Assembly: GCF_000354175.2 (NCBI RefSeq)
Contig: NC_022349.1
Coordinates: 450,001 to 482,000, forward strand
Source: Vibrio alginolyticus NBRC 15630 = ATCC 17749
GTDB lineage: Bacteria > Pseudomonadota > Gammaproteobacteria > Enterobacterales > Vibrionaceae
Direction of reading: 5' to 3'
Length of the DNA stretch: 32,000 nucleotides
The translations under genes were made by a program, and so were the position numbers. The notes under the pieces were generated by a model. It was not told the origin of the DNA. It worked only from the letters and a program-made list of their open reading frames with translations, and made no database searches. Below are positions 8,539 to 16,364 of the stretch, piece after piece. Within the stretch, counting starts at the first letter, position 1. Every line of letters starts with the position of its first letter.

Positions 8539-10695
8539 CTAAGCAAAGTGATTGACGATTTGAGCGTCACTCCCTCGTTGGTATTCAAATGCAATCAATT
8601 CCTCGGCAGGTACAGGTCTACCTAAGAAAAAACCTTGTACGACGTCACAGTGGAGAGACTCCATTCGTGTGAGTTGAGTTTGAGTTTCTACGCCTTCGGC
8701 TACTACTTTCATTCTTAGGTTGTGAGCCATGGATACAATCGCGCGAACTAATGAATCGTCTTGATCGCTTTTTCGGATTTGAGCGATAAATGAACGATCA
8801 ATCTTGAGCCCGTCAAAAGCCATATGTTGTAGGTAGGCAAGGGCTGAATACCCCGTACCAAAGTCATCTAGCCAAACTTCCACTCCGATACTTTGTAGTT
8901 TTTTAAGCACATATTGAGCTTTCTCTGTATCATCAATAAAAAGTGACTCTGTCACTTCAACATGAATGGTTTGAGGGGCGACATCATGTCGTCGTAAATA
9001 CTTAGAAAATAATTGACTTAAATCTTGGCGATAGATTTGTCTTGGGGACAAGTTTAGTGCAATGTGAAAATCAGTACCGAAATGTTCTGCCCACATTGCC
9101 CGCTGAGCAACTGCCGTCTTAATGATATGTTCTCCAAGCTCCAATATTAAATCACTTTGTTCTGCGATCGGGATAAACGATTCTGGACTGATATAACCTT
9201 TCTCGGGATGATTCCACCTAACCAATGCTTCGACCCCAATTAGGCGATAGGTTTTTAGATCAAATTGTGGTTGATACCACAGCTCGAATTGAGACAAGTC
9301 ACGTACTGAACGACGCAGTTCTCGTTCTATGTATAAACGTTGTTTAATCGTTTCATCAAACGTGGAATCGTATATCGTCATAATGTCTTTACCGCGTCTT
9401 TTAGATTCCTGCGCCGCAAGAGAGGAAAGCTGTAAAAGAGACTCAGCGTTTGAACCAAATTCTGGATACACAGCAATTCCGAGGCTTGCCGTAATTTGAA
9501 TATCGTTCTCTTCCAAACTAAAGGGAGAGAGTAGTTGGCGATGAATATCGTTCGCTTTTTCTCTAGCTTCATGATTGTCCGAGCACGGAAAGGCCAGTAC
9601 AAATTCATCCGCACCTACTCGACTTACGATGGTAGAAAGGCGGTAAAGCGGCTTAAAATAACTCGGCAAACGGCCTTGAAGCTCTGAGGCAAGATGGCCT
9701 AGCAATTTATCCCCAATGTTATGTCCATAGTTATCGTTAATGTGCTTAAAGTCATCCAAGTCAATAAACACAACCGCGAGTGAGGGGGATTTGTGGTCAG
9801 TTATTTGCGTTTGAATATCAATGAGTAACTTTTCTCGGTTTGGCAGGGAAGTCAGAATATCGTGGTACGCCATGAACTCAACTCGGCTGGTGTATCGGTT
9901 CACTTTGTTTGACATTTTGTTGTACGCCGAAATAAGTTCTCCCACTTCATCTTTGCTTTGTATGTCGGTGACTGGCAGCGCTTGGGTATTTGACTCTGAA
10001 AATTGATCTTTTAGTTGCTTGAGTGGCTTAGTTAACGACCGCCCCAAAGCATAAGCGATGATGCTACCGAATAGAACGGATATCCCACTGATCGTTAGCA
10101 GCAAGTTAAACATCTTCTGTTTATCGTTTGAGGTAATCGCTTGGACTTGTTCAATGTTCTGTTCTTTCTCTTCCAGTAGATGTATCAAGTTAAGCTCAAG
10201 ATATACCGCCCCAAGAGTAATGTTTGATTGCTGAATCGGCGCTGCGATCTCCAACTGATGCTTGGAAAAGGAAACGAGAGTTCTGGATTCTTCTATTGCT
10301 TTCAAAATAAAAGGAGAGCGGTCATGAGGTTGGGCAAACATCCTTAGCTGAGTAGTGCCGTCGTGAAAGATTAGCCCTTCATTGTCAACAACATGTATTT
10401 TCGAGACATCTGGCTGGCTCAATGTTGCCTTAATTTGCTCATACGCTTGACTGATATTGTCTGTATAGAGTGGATCAAAAAGCTGTTTTGATAATAGCTC
10501 TGCATAAACCAACCCTTTTTGCTTAACGTAAGATTCTGTTTTTTCTTGAGAGTTGTTCGTGATTTGTTGAGTTAAGCTATTTGAATACGCATCGTAACCG
10601 TGCATGTATAACGCAAGATTTATCACCACAACAAACAAGACAACGAACATTGTCGAGCAAATGTATTTGGTTTCGAGTGAGAGCTTTTGAAACAT
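8539..10695 (-). CDS. Membrane-bound GGDEF-EAL c-di-GMP signalling protein (periplasmic sensor domain, HAMP, degenerate GADEF, intact EAL)
   Basis: The ATG at 10695 overlaps the upstream TGA by one base (TGATG). The domain order is TM1, a periplasmic segment of about 170 aa, TM2, then a HAMP-like segment. The GGDEF domain reads RVGADEF. The EAL domain carries EALVRW, NLSPRQ, EVTES, DDFGTGYS, KIDRSF, AEGVET and QGFFLGRP. Confidence 0.92.
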   Translation of the reverse strand: MFQKLSLETKYICSTMFVVLFVVVINLALYMHGYDAYSNSLTQQITNNSQEKTESYVKQKGLVYAELLSKQLFDPLYTDNISQAYEQIKATLSQPDVSKIHVVDNEGLIFHDGTTQLRMFAQPHDRSPFILKAIEESRTLVSFSKHQLEIAAPIQQSNITLGAVYLELNLIHLLEEKEQNIEQVQAITSNDKQKMFNLLLTISGISVLFGSIIAYALGRSLTKPLKQLKDQFSESNTQALPVTDIQSKDEVGELISAYNKMSNKVNRYTSRVEFMAYHDILTSLPNREKLLIDIQTQITDHKSPSLAVVFIDLDDFKHINDNYGHNIGDKLLGHLASELQGRLPSYFKPLYRLSTIVSRVGADEFVLAFPCSDNHEAREKANDIHRQLLSPFSLEENDIQITASLGIAVYPEFGSNAESLLQLSSLAAQESKRRGKDIMTIYDSTFDETIKQRLYIERELRRSVRDLSQFELWYQPQFDLKTYRLIGVEALVRWNHPEKGYISPESFIPIAEQSDLILELGEHIIKTAVAQRAMWAEHFGTDFHIALNLSPRQIYRQDLSQLFSKYLRRHDVAPQTIHVEVTESLFIDDTEKAQYVLKKLQSIGVEVWLDDFGTGYSALAYLQHMAFDGLKIDRSFIAQIRKSDQDDSLVRAIVSMAHNLRMKVVAEGVETQTQLTRMESLHCDVVQGFFLGRPVPAEELIAFEYQRGSDAQIVNHFA

Positions 10696-11624
10696 CAATC
10701 CACCTTCGGTAATAAGTGAACTGACTTGCGCACTGTACTTAAGGAGGCTCGCATTTCTGGAGTAAGCGCGCTGAATTTTTTGGTGTTCTGAAACTTTTTA
10801 AGTGCGAGAGAGCCTTCGTGAGTTGTATCCATATCAAGCAGTATGGACGTGATTTTACGCTGTTGCTCTAGGCTCATGCTTGGAGAAGCGAGAATCAAAT
10901 CCCTGGGTATTTCAACAGAACGAGAAAAAATCGCTAGTTTGTCTTTCATGTTCTCTGGCAAATCTTTGGGATTGTTCCAGTTGAAGTTACTGAATGCTCC
11001 TGCTGCAACTCTCTGTTTATATACCCATACAGATAGGTTGATTTCATTTGACTGAGCGAGTTGCTCATCAAGGAATAAATAACCAATGCTGTCTTTGGCC
11101 GGTTTGTCATCAGGAGAGGGAAGGTATTGCAGTTTTTCTCCGTGGTTCAGCAATGTAATCGCAGGTAGGTAATAGCTGCTGGTAGACGTGCGCTTTTCGA
11201 AAACAAGCGTTTTTCCGCGCAGGTCAGAAAGTGACTCAATGCCACTCTCTTTATTAGTAAAGAACACCGTATGATATTTTTGCAGGCCTTTTTTCCATCG
11301 TATAGCAAGAACTTGGCTATTAGACTCCTTTTCTAAGGTCATCGCATTAAAGGGGGTCGCCGTTGCAATTTGAACGGTGCCATTTTCAAGCGCAACCGCG
11401 AGCTGACGATAATTTTTAAATACCTTTACTGCCCCTTTTGCGTAACCATATTCAGACATATTTTCAGTTACATACTGAGTAAGGGGCGTCGCTTTTTTGA
11501 TTTTGCTTTGGGCTTTATTGGACACAATGCCAAACGTGAATGTTTTCTCAATATTTTCTTGTGCACTGACAACAAAAGGTGAACTCAGCAAAGTGAGTAA
11601 TAACAGAGTGCAGGCAGGTTTCAT
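10695..11624 (-). CDS. PhnD-like (phosphonate-binding family) periplasmic substrate-binding protein, not linked to any ABC permease or ATPase
   Basis: The signal peptide is MKPACTLLLLTLLSSPFVVSA|QE. The motifs FTFGIV and LSDLRGKTLVFEKRTSTSSYYLP are typical of the PhnD-like binding-protein family. The gene is translationally coupled to the GGDEF-EAL gene. Confidence 0.75.
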   Translation of the reverse strand: MKPACTLLLLTLLSSPFVVSAQENIEKTFTFGIVSNKAQSKIKKATPLTQYVTENMSEYGYAKGAVKVFKNYRQLAVALENGTVQIATATPFNAMTLEKESNSQVLAIRWKKGLQKYHTVFFTNKESGIESLSDLRGKTLVFEKRTSTSSYYLPAITLLNHGEKLQYLPSPDDKPAKDSIGYLFLDEQLAQSNEINLSVWVYKQRVAAGAFSNFNWNNPKDLPENMKDKLAIFSRSVEIPRDLILASPSMSLEQQRKITSILLDMDTTHEGSLALKKFQNTKKFSALTPEMRASLSTVRKSVHLLPKVD

Positions 11625-11890
11625 CCGGCTTCAACTTCCTTCTGGTCATGTCAGTAATATTTAGTATTTATCAATGTGCCGAAATCAATCTTAAAAACAG
11701 TATGATGTACAAATTTCGTTGTGTGCGCACTTTTTATAATGTGACTTGGTCACTTATTCCGTTCAAATAGTACCGAATTTGACGTTTATGTACAGGATGA
11801 ATGTATCACCGTGAGTCTGAATTCACTGGATTCTTGGTCAAGCGCTGTATTGGCTGTGAGCTAATGCGCCTTATGTATCGCTATTTTGTA

Positions 11891-12616
11891 CTAAGAAAAT
11901 TTTTCCAATTGTTTTTGATACTTTTTCTCGAGAGCTTCATTGCCTGCCGCACGTTCAAGTTGAATCATGAGTTGCAAAGAGGGCTTCTTCACGCCATACA
12001 TTTGATTGAATCTCATTAATCGAATTCTAGCTTCAGTATAATCACCGCTATCAATTTCTATTTTAGCGAGTTGCAAAATCGATTTTGGTCTATGAGGGTC
12101 ATGATCGATAGCTCTAGTAAAGTAGTATCTCGCTTTGTCTTTATCTTGTGATTTTAGCGCACAAAAAGCTGCATTCTCATAGCTTGCTGGAATAAGGTAG
12201 TAATAAGGCTGCTCAATGGCTCGATTAAACATCTGATCGGCTTTTTCGAAGTCACCTCGCTTGCAAAGAAAAGTACCGTAGTTATTGAGCACATTTCCGT
12301 TTTTAGTGTGTTGGCGTAGAGAGCGTTTATACATCTGTTCGGCTTTAATATCTTCACCAACCGTTTCGTAGTAGTGAGCCATAGATAATTGCGCGCGATA
12401 GTATTGAGGTGCGTGGTTTAAGGCTTGTTGTAAGTTATCATGCGCGCGAATCATGTTACCGCCGTCTAAATAACCTAAGCCAAGTGCGATACGTGATTCT
12501 GCCATTGCCACAGGATCGGCTTTAACGACAGGGCTTCCATCTTCTTTCACCGTCACGCAACCCACGAGTGCAAACTGAGACAATAATATTAGTGCACCGA
12601 GCTTTGCTGTTTTCAT
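11891..12616 (-). CDS. pilW: Type IV pilus biogenesis/stability TPR lipoprotein PilW (PilF-like)
   Basis: It has a lipobox (LSQFALVG|C) and TPR repeats. The stretches ALGLGYL, VLNNYGTFLC and YENAAFCAL align closely with my recollection of P. aeruginosa PilF (LGLGYL, VLNNYGGFL). Confidence 0.8.
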   Translation of the reverse strand: MKTAKLGALILLSQFALVGCVTVKEDGSPVVKADPVAMAESRIALGLGYLDGGNMIRAHDNLQQALNHAPQYYRAQLSMAHYYETVGEDIKAEQMYKRSLRQHTKNGNVLNNYGTFLCKRGDFEKADQMFNRAIEQPYYYLIPASYENAAFCALKSQDKDKARYYFTRAIDHDPHRPKSILQLAKIEIDSGDYTEARIRLMRFNQMYGVKKPSLQLMIQLERAAGNEALEKKYQKQLEKFS

Positions 12617-12718
12617 TCTTTATCCCTACATCCCTGAATCTTTCTGCATGATATGAATTACTTAGCAAAAACCTATTGAGGAAAAAACACTATGCGATCA
12701 GGTTTGCAAACTGTTATG

Positions 12719-12741
12719 AAAAAGCCGCCATATGGCGGCTT
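12719..12741 (-). terminator. Rho-independent terminator downstream of metA
   Basis: On the minus strand the sequence reads AAGCCGCC-ATAT-GGCGGCTT followed by TTTTT. It lies 55 bp past the metA stop. Confidence 0.75.
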
Positions 12742-12795
12742 GGTTCACATATTACATTTCGGTAATGATGAGTGCTTTGTTTGCTTATTTTGAAG

Positions 12796-13737
12796 CTAAT
12801 CGTCTTTAGTGAAAGCATCTTCACTGAAGTGATCGAGATCGTACGGTGTTTGCTGATAAACACAGTAGTTCAGCCAGTTTAAAAAGAGGAGGTGTCCATG
12901 GCTTCTCCAGCTTGCAATTGGTGGGTTATCTGGGTTGTTGTTTGGGTAATAGTTGACAGGAATAGCGGGCTCCATACCTTCGCTTAAATCTCGGATATAT
13001 TCATTATGTAAGGTGTGAGAATCATACTCAGGGTGTCCTGTGACAAAGACATTGCGTTTGTCTTTTGTGGTGGCCAAGTACACACCTGCGACATCCGATG
13101 TCGCTAAAATGTCTAAGTCAGTATGCTCTTCTAGAAAGTGAGGCGAAAAATCTGCGTAACGCGAGTGAGGAGCCAAAAACGTGTCATCAAATCCGCGTAA
13201 GATAGGGTGAAACTGATGATGGATTTGATGATGATACACGCCTGAAAGTTTTTCTTTACGCGTTTTTTTAGGTAGATCGTAGAGTAGCTTTAACCCTGCT
13301 TGCGCAGCCCAGCAAACATAAAGAGTGGATGTCACATGATCTTTTGCCCACTCCATGATGGTTTTGAGATGATCCCAATAAATGACATCTTCAAATTGCA
13401 CCAAACCTAATGGAGCCCCAGTAATGATCATGCCATCGAAGTTTTTATCTCGCACCATTTCAAATTGGCGATAAAACGTGTCTAAATGTTCAGTTGGCGT
13501 ATTTTTACTCGGGCGGTTATCAATGCGCAGTAATTCGACGTTAACCTGTAGTGGGCTGTTTGAGAGTAGACGCAGAAACTGAGTTTCAGTCTCTATTTTT
13601 TTTGGCATCAGATTAAGGATCAGCACTCTTAAAGGACGTATTTCCTGACTCGCTGCACGCGTTTCACTCATCACGAAGATGTTTTCTGTCCTTAATACAT
13701 CGGTAGCTGGTAATTGATCTGGAATTCTAATTGGCAC
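12796..13737 (-). CDS. metA: Homoserine O-succinyltransferase (homoserine O-acyltransferase MetA)
   Basis: The N-terminus [18 protein letters not shown]....[23 protein letters not shown] is the classic MetA N-terminus, and the length (313 aa) fits. A MetJ box lies upstream. Confidence 0.95.
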   Translation of the reverse strand: MPIRIPDQLPATDVLRTENIFVMSETRAASQEIRPLRVLILNLMPKKIETETQFLRLLSNSPLQVNVELLRIDNRPSKNTPTEHLDTFYRQFEMVRDKNFDGMIITGAPLGLVQFEDVIYWDHLKTIMEWAKDHVTSTLYVCWAAQAGLKLLYDLPKKTRKEKLSGVYHHQIHHQFHPILRGFDDTFLAPHSRYADFSPHFLEEHTDLDILATSDVAGVYLATTKDKRNVFVTGHPEYDSHTLHNEYIRDLSEGMEPAIPVNYYPNNNPDNPPIASWRSHGHLLFLNWLNYCVYQQTPYDLDHFSEDAFTKDD

Positions 13738-13766
13738 GACTTTCTCTCCCTAAGTATAGTCAATCT

Positions 13767-13782
13767 AGACGTCTATACTTCT
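13767..13782. promoter_or_regulatory. Candidate MetJ operator (tandem met boxes) in the metA leader/promoter
   Basis: AGACGTCT (13767-13774) matches the met-box consensus 8/8. It is directly followed by ATACTTCT (6/8). A weaker AGATGTCG occurs at 13804-13811. Confidence 0.5.
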
Positions 13783-14077
13783 AAAGCTAACTTAATTAAG
13801 TTTAGATGTCGATACGAAATCCGACTTTTCAATCTACTCTTTACATTATGGTAAACCGTACTCGGGGTTGTCACACAATTGTGACTAAAGCAGAGTTTCT
13901 GATGAGATAGGTTTGAAACGCAGTGTGTACTATTTGCTGGTAATTATGCGATCACGTTAATATGTGAAGGTGACTTCGTAGTAAGGAAGTCTCAAATTAA
14001 TGAGCCATACTAAAAACAATCAGCTCACCATTTTGCATTAATGTGCATGTTTGGAAACATCGTCAGTGGAGGACATT

Positions 14078-14464
14078 ATGTTCGGTATTTTCAAGAGAAA
14101 GACAAAGATTCAGAGCATCGCTCAAGAAGTTCCTTGCGTGCTACTGCATTCGTTTGGTGATAAAGGCATTTATACGCCGGAAGAGATTGATCAAGCTCTT
14201 CAAAAGCTGGGTTATGATAAGAGCAAGGATATCAGTCATTATCAGTATGCGTATGGAATGTTTGCCGATGAAGCCTCTTACGAGCTCCTAGAACTAACGG
14301 ATGAGCTAGGTAATTATGGTCATTTCCAACGTGAAGTAGGTAAGATGCTACTCAATACACCTGAGCCGATTGATATGCATATCTACTTTGAAATTTCTCG
14401 TCAGCACCAAAACGTCAGCCTTTCACCTGGTCATCAAAAAGTAAGCGAAAGTGATGGTGTGTAA
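14078..14464 (+). CDS. Hypothetical cytoplasmic protein
   Basis: I chose ATG 14078 because it is preceded by AGTGGAGG. The 128-aa acidic product (MFGIFKRKTKIQS...) belongs to no family I recognise. Confidence 0.55.
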   Translation: MFGIFKRKTKIQSIAQEVPCVLLHSFGDKGIYTPEEIDQALQKLGYDKSKDISHYQYAYGMFADEASYELLELTDELGNYGHFQREVGKMLLNTPEPIDMHIYFEISRQHQNVSLSPGHQKVSESDGV

Positions 14465-14501
14465 ACATCGTTAGTGGTATTCCATCGTGAGATGAGTTGG
14501 G

Positions 14502-14507
14502 TATAAT
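14502..14507 (+). promoter_or_regulatory. Candidate -10 hexamer for the SMR gene
   Basis: A perfect TATAAT lies in the intergenic region about 60 nt upstream of the SMR start. I found no convincing -35 element. Confidence 0.3.
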
Positions 14508-14566
14508 GCGCGGCCTAATTATCCGGACATGTTGTCGGTTACATTTCTGTTGAGCGTTAATGCCTT

Positions 14567-14923
14567 ATGTTCAAAATGCTTGTCTCTATGCCACCAATGT
14601 TGGCGCTGTCGATAGCGATTGTATGTGAAGTGATTGCCACTTCTTATATTCCCAAAACAGAGCAATTTACGAAAGTAATGCCGAGCACAGTCGTTTTGAT
14701 TGGTTACGGCATCGCTTTCTTCTTGCTTTCCGTCACAGTGCAAACAATGCCTGTCGGGGTTGTTTATGCCATATGGAGTGGTGCTGGGATCGTTTTGGTT
14801 GCGACGGTTGGTTACTTTGTTTACGGACAGCGTCTAGACTTACCAGCCCTAGTTGGTATTGGGTTTATCATCGCAGGTGTGTTGATCGTAAATTTATTAT
14901 CCAAAACAGTAGGGCACGAATAA
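14567..14923 (+). CDS. SMR-family small multidrug efflux protein (EmrE/Qac-like)
   Basis: The protein has four TM segments. It closely resembles EmrE (CEVIAT membrane Glu, VYAIWSGAGIVL, YGQRLDLPALVGI, IIAGVLIVNLLSK). A start at ATG 14588 would place the Glu at position 14, as in EmrE. Confidence 0.88.
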   Translation: MFKMLVSMPPMLALSIAIVCEVIATSYIPKTEQFTKVMPSTVVLIGYGIAFFLLSVTVQTMPVGVVYAIWSGAGIVLVATVGYFVYGQRLDLPALVGIGFIIAGVLIVNLLSKTVGHE

Positions 14924-14950
14924 CGCCACTCTACTTGTTAAGTGAATAAG

Positions 14951-14982
14951 AAGCCGCAGCGAGAAATTGCTGCGGCTTTTTA
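14951..14982 (+). terminator. Rho-independent terminator after the SMR gene
   Basis: GCCGCAGC (14953-14960) pairs with GCTGCGGC (14969-14976) around an 8-nt loop and is followed by TTTTT. Confidence 0.85.
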
Positions 14983-15343
14983 GTACAAATTCAATCGCTA
15001 ATGGCGAGTATTGATATGACGTCTTATTGTTGTATTCATAACGGTCGCATTATGTGATTGAAAAATAGACATTATTTAGCGCATTGAAAATACAAAGTTA
15101 TGTTTCTTCAAACTTTAGGAAAGGGCAGTAGATAAATCACTCCGATAGATGTTAACGTGGCGACTCATCTTTACTGCTTTTTCATTCCCTACATATTTCT
15201 GCAAAGTTCTTATTGTGTAGTGTGTCGAAGAACCATAGAATCCGCGCGCTTTAATTTATGTTATTAGCGTTATCAATGATAAAAGTGCAGTCCATTATCA
15301 TTGTTTTTATCACTTATAGATGGGCACATCTGACAATACTTAC

Positions 15344-16294
15344 ATGAACAAATACAAAAAGCCTGCTTTCAAGGCCGAATTTCTTTTGCCTCGTTACTGG
15401 GGAACGTTAATTATCATTAGCGTGATGTACTTACTTAGCCTCCTTCCTTTTAAAGTTCAACTAGCTTTGGGACGCAACATTGGTCGTTTAGCTATGCGAC
15501 TCATGAGAAAACGTCAAGTTACGATCAGACGCAATCTTGAGCTTTGCTTCCCTCATATGGAAAAATGCCAACGCGAAGCAATTCTAAAAGACAACATCGA
15601 CAATACTGGCATCGCACTTTTTGAGACCGCAATGGCATGGTTTTGGTCAGATAAACGGGTAAACAAACACGTCACGATAAAAGGCATGGAGCATCTAGAG
15701 GCTTTAGAGAAGTCAGGCAAAGGTGCATTAATGTTGGCCGTACACTCAATGAATCTAGAGTTAGGTGCTCGAGCTTTTGGCATTAAAAAGTCTGGAACCG
15801 GTGTTTATCGCCCAAACAATAATCCGTGCTTTGATTATTTTCAGTATAAGGGACGCTCTCGCTCTAATCGTACACTGATTGATCGTAAAAACGTCAAAGC
15901 CATGCTTGAATCACTTAAAACGGGTGAGCGGGTTTGGTATGCACCGGACCACGATTATGGTAACCGACGCTCGACATTTGCACCGTTATTTGCCGTTAAA
16001 AATGCTTGTACTACGACAGGTACAAGTTTGTTGGTTGATTCTACAGATTGCGCCATTGTGCCTTTTACGATGGTAAGAGGAAAAGACGGACACTATACCC
16101 TAACCATTAGTGCGCCCGTCGAAGGTTTCCCGAAAGAGGATCATCAACGCGCCGCCGCATTCGTGAATCAAATAGTTGAAACATCAATCATGGCAAGTCC
16201 GAGCCAGTATATGTGGCTTCATCGTCGGTTTAAAACTAGACCAGAGGGTGAGGACTGTTTGTACAAGCCTAGGCTCATCCCTAGCTTGGCATAA
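15344..16294 (+). CDS. lpxL: Kdo2-lipid IVA late (lauroyl/myristoyl) acyltransferase, LpxL/HtrB family
   Basis: Similarity to E. coli LpxL runs along the whole length (LLPRYWG, RNLELCFP, MAWFW, HSMNLELGAR, GVYRPNNNP, WYAPDHDYG, PLFAV, TTTGT, QYMWLHRRFKTRPEG). The alternative start at 15320 would add 8 aa. Confidence 0.9.
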   Translation: MNKYKKPAFKAEFLLPRYWGTLIIISVMYLLSLLPFKVQLALGRNIGRLAMRLMRKRQVTIRRNLELCFPHMEKCQREAILKDNIDNTGIALFETAMAWFWSDKRVNKHVTIKGMEHLEALEKSGKGALMLAVHSMNLELGARAFGIKKSGTGVYRPNNNPCFDYFQYKGRSRSNRTLIDRKNVKAMLESLKTGERVWYAPDHDYGNRRSTFAPLFAVKNACTTTGTSLLVDSTDCAIVPFTMVRGKDGHYTLTISAPVEGFPKEDHQRAAAFVNQIVETSIMASPSQYMWLHRRFKTRPEGEDCLYKPRLIPSLA

Positions 16295-16310
16295 CACATA
16301 GATAGCCTAC

Positions 16311-16345
16311 AAAAAGCCCAAGGAACATACGAACCTTGGGCTTTT
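16311..16345. terminator. Bidirectional rho-independent terminator shared by lpxL (+) and the M32 peptidase gene (-)
   Basis: The element reads AAAAA-GCCCAAGG, a 10-nt loop, then CCTTGGGC-TTTT. It has an A-tract on one side and a T-tract on the other, and it lies between convergent stops. Confidence 0.85.
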
Positions 16346-16364
16346 ACTTTCTATTCTTTTCGCT

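Noticed and set aside
13738-14050. A SAM riboswitch or a CRP site upstream of metA
   Set aside because: No SAM-I/II-like conserved cores are visible. The TCACA-CAAT-TGTGA-like element at 13869-13886 has the wrong half-site order and spacing for CRP and is an imperfect palindrome. MetJ boxes explain the regulation better.
14465-14566. A guanidine (ykkC / mini-ykkC) riboswitch in the leader of the SMR gene
   Set aside because: SMR genes are often guanidine-riboswitch controlled, so I looked. There are no paired hairpins with ACGR loops and no ykkC-like conserved core. The only structure is a 4-bp GACA/TGTC stem. The protein also looks EmrE/Qac-like rather than Gdx-like.
15125-15182. Terminator-like hairpin (GCAGTA..GAT / ATC..TACTGC followed by T5), suggesting an sRNA between the SMR gene and lpxL
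   Set aside because: The stem is only 6+3 bp with a bulge, the loop is about 33 nt, and I found no convincing promoter upstream. It is too weak to call without transcript data.
15274-15308. Hairpin CAATGATAA-N12-TTATCATTG followed by TTTTT, just upstream of the lpxL start
   Set aside because: The stem is entirely A/T-rich and 9 bp long with a 12-nt loop, so its predicted stability is low. It could be chance symmetry in an AT-rich promoter region.
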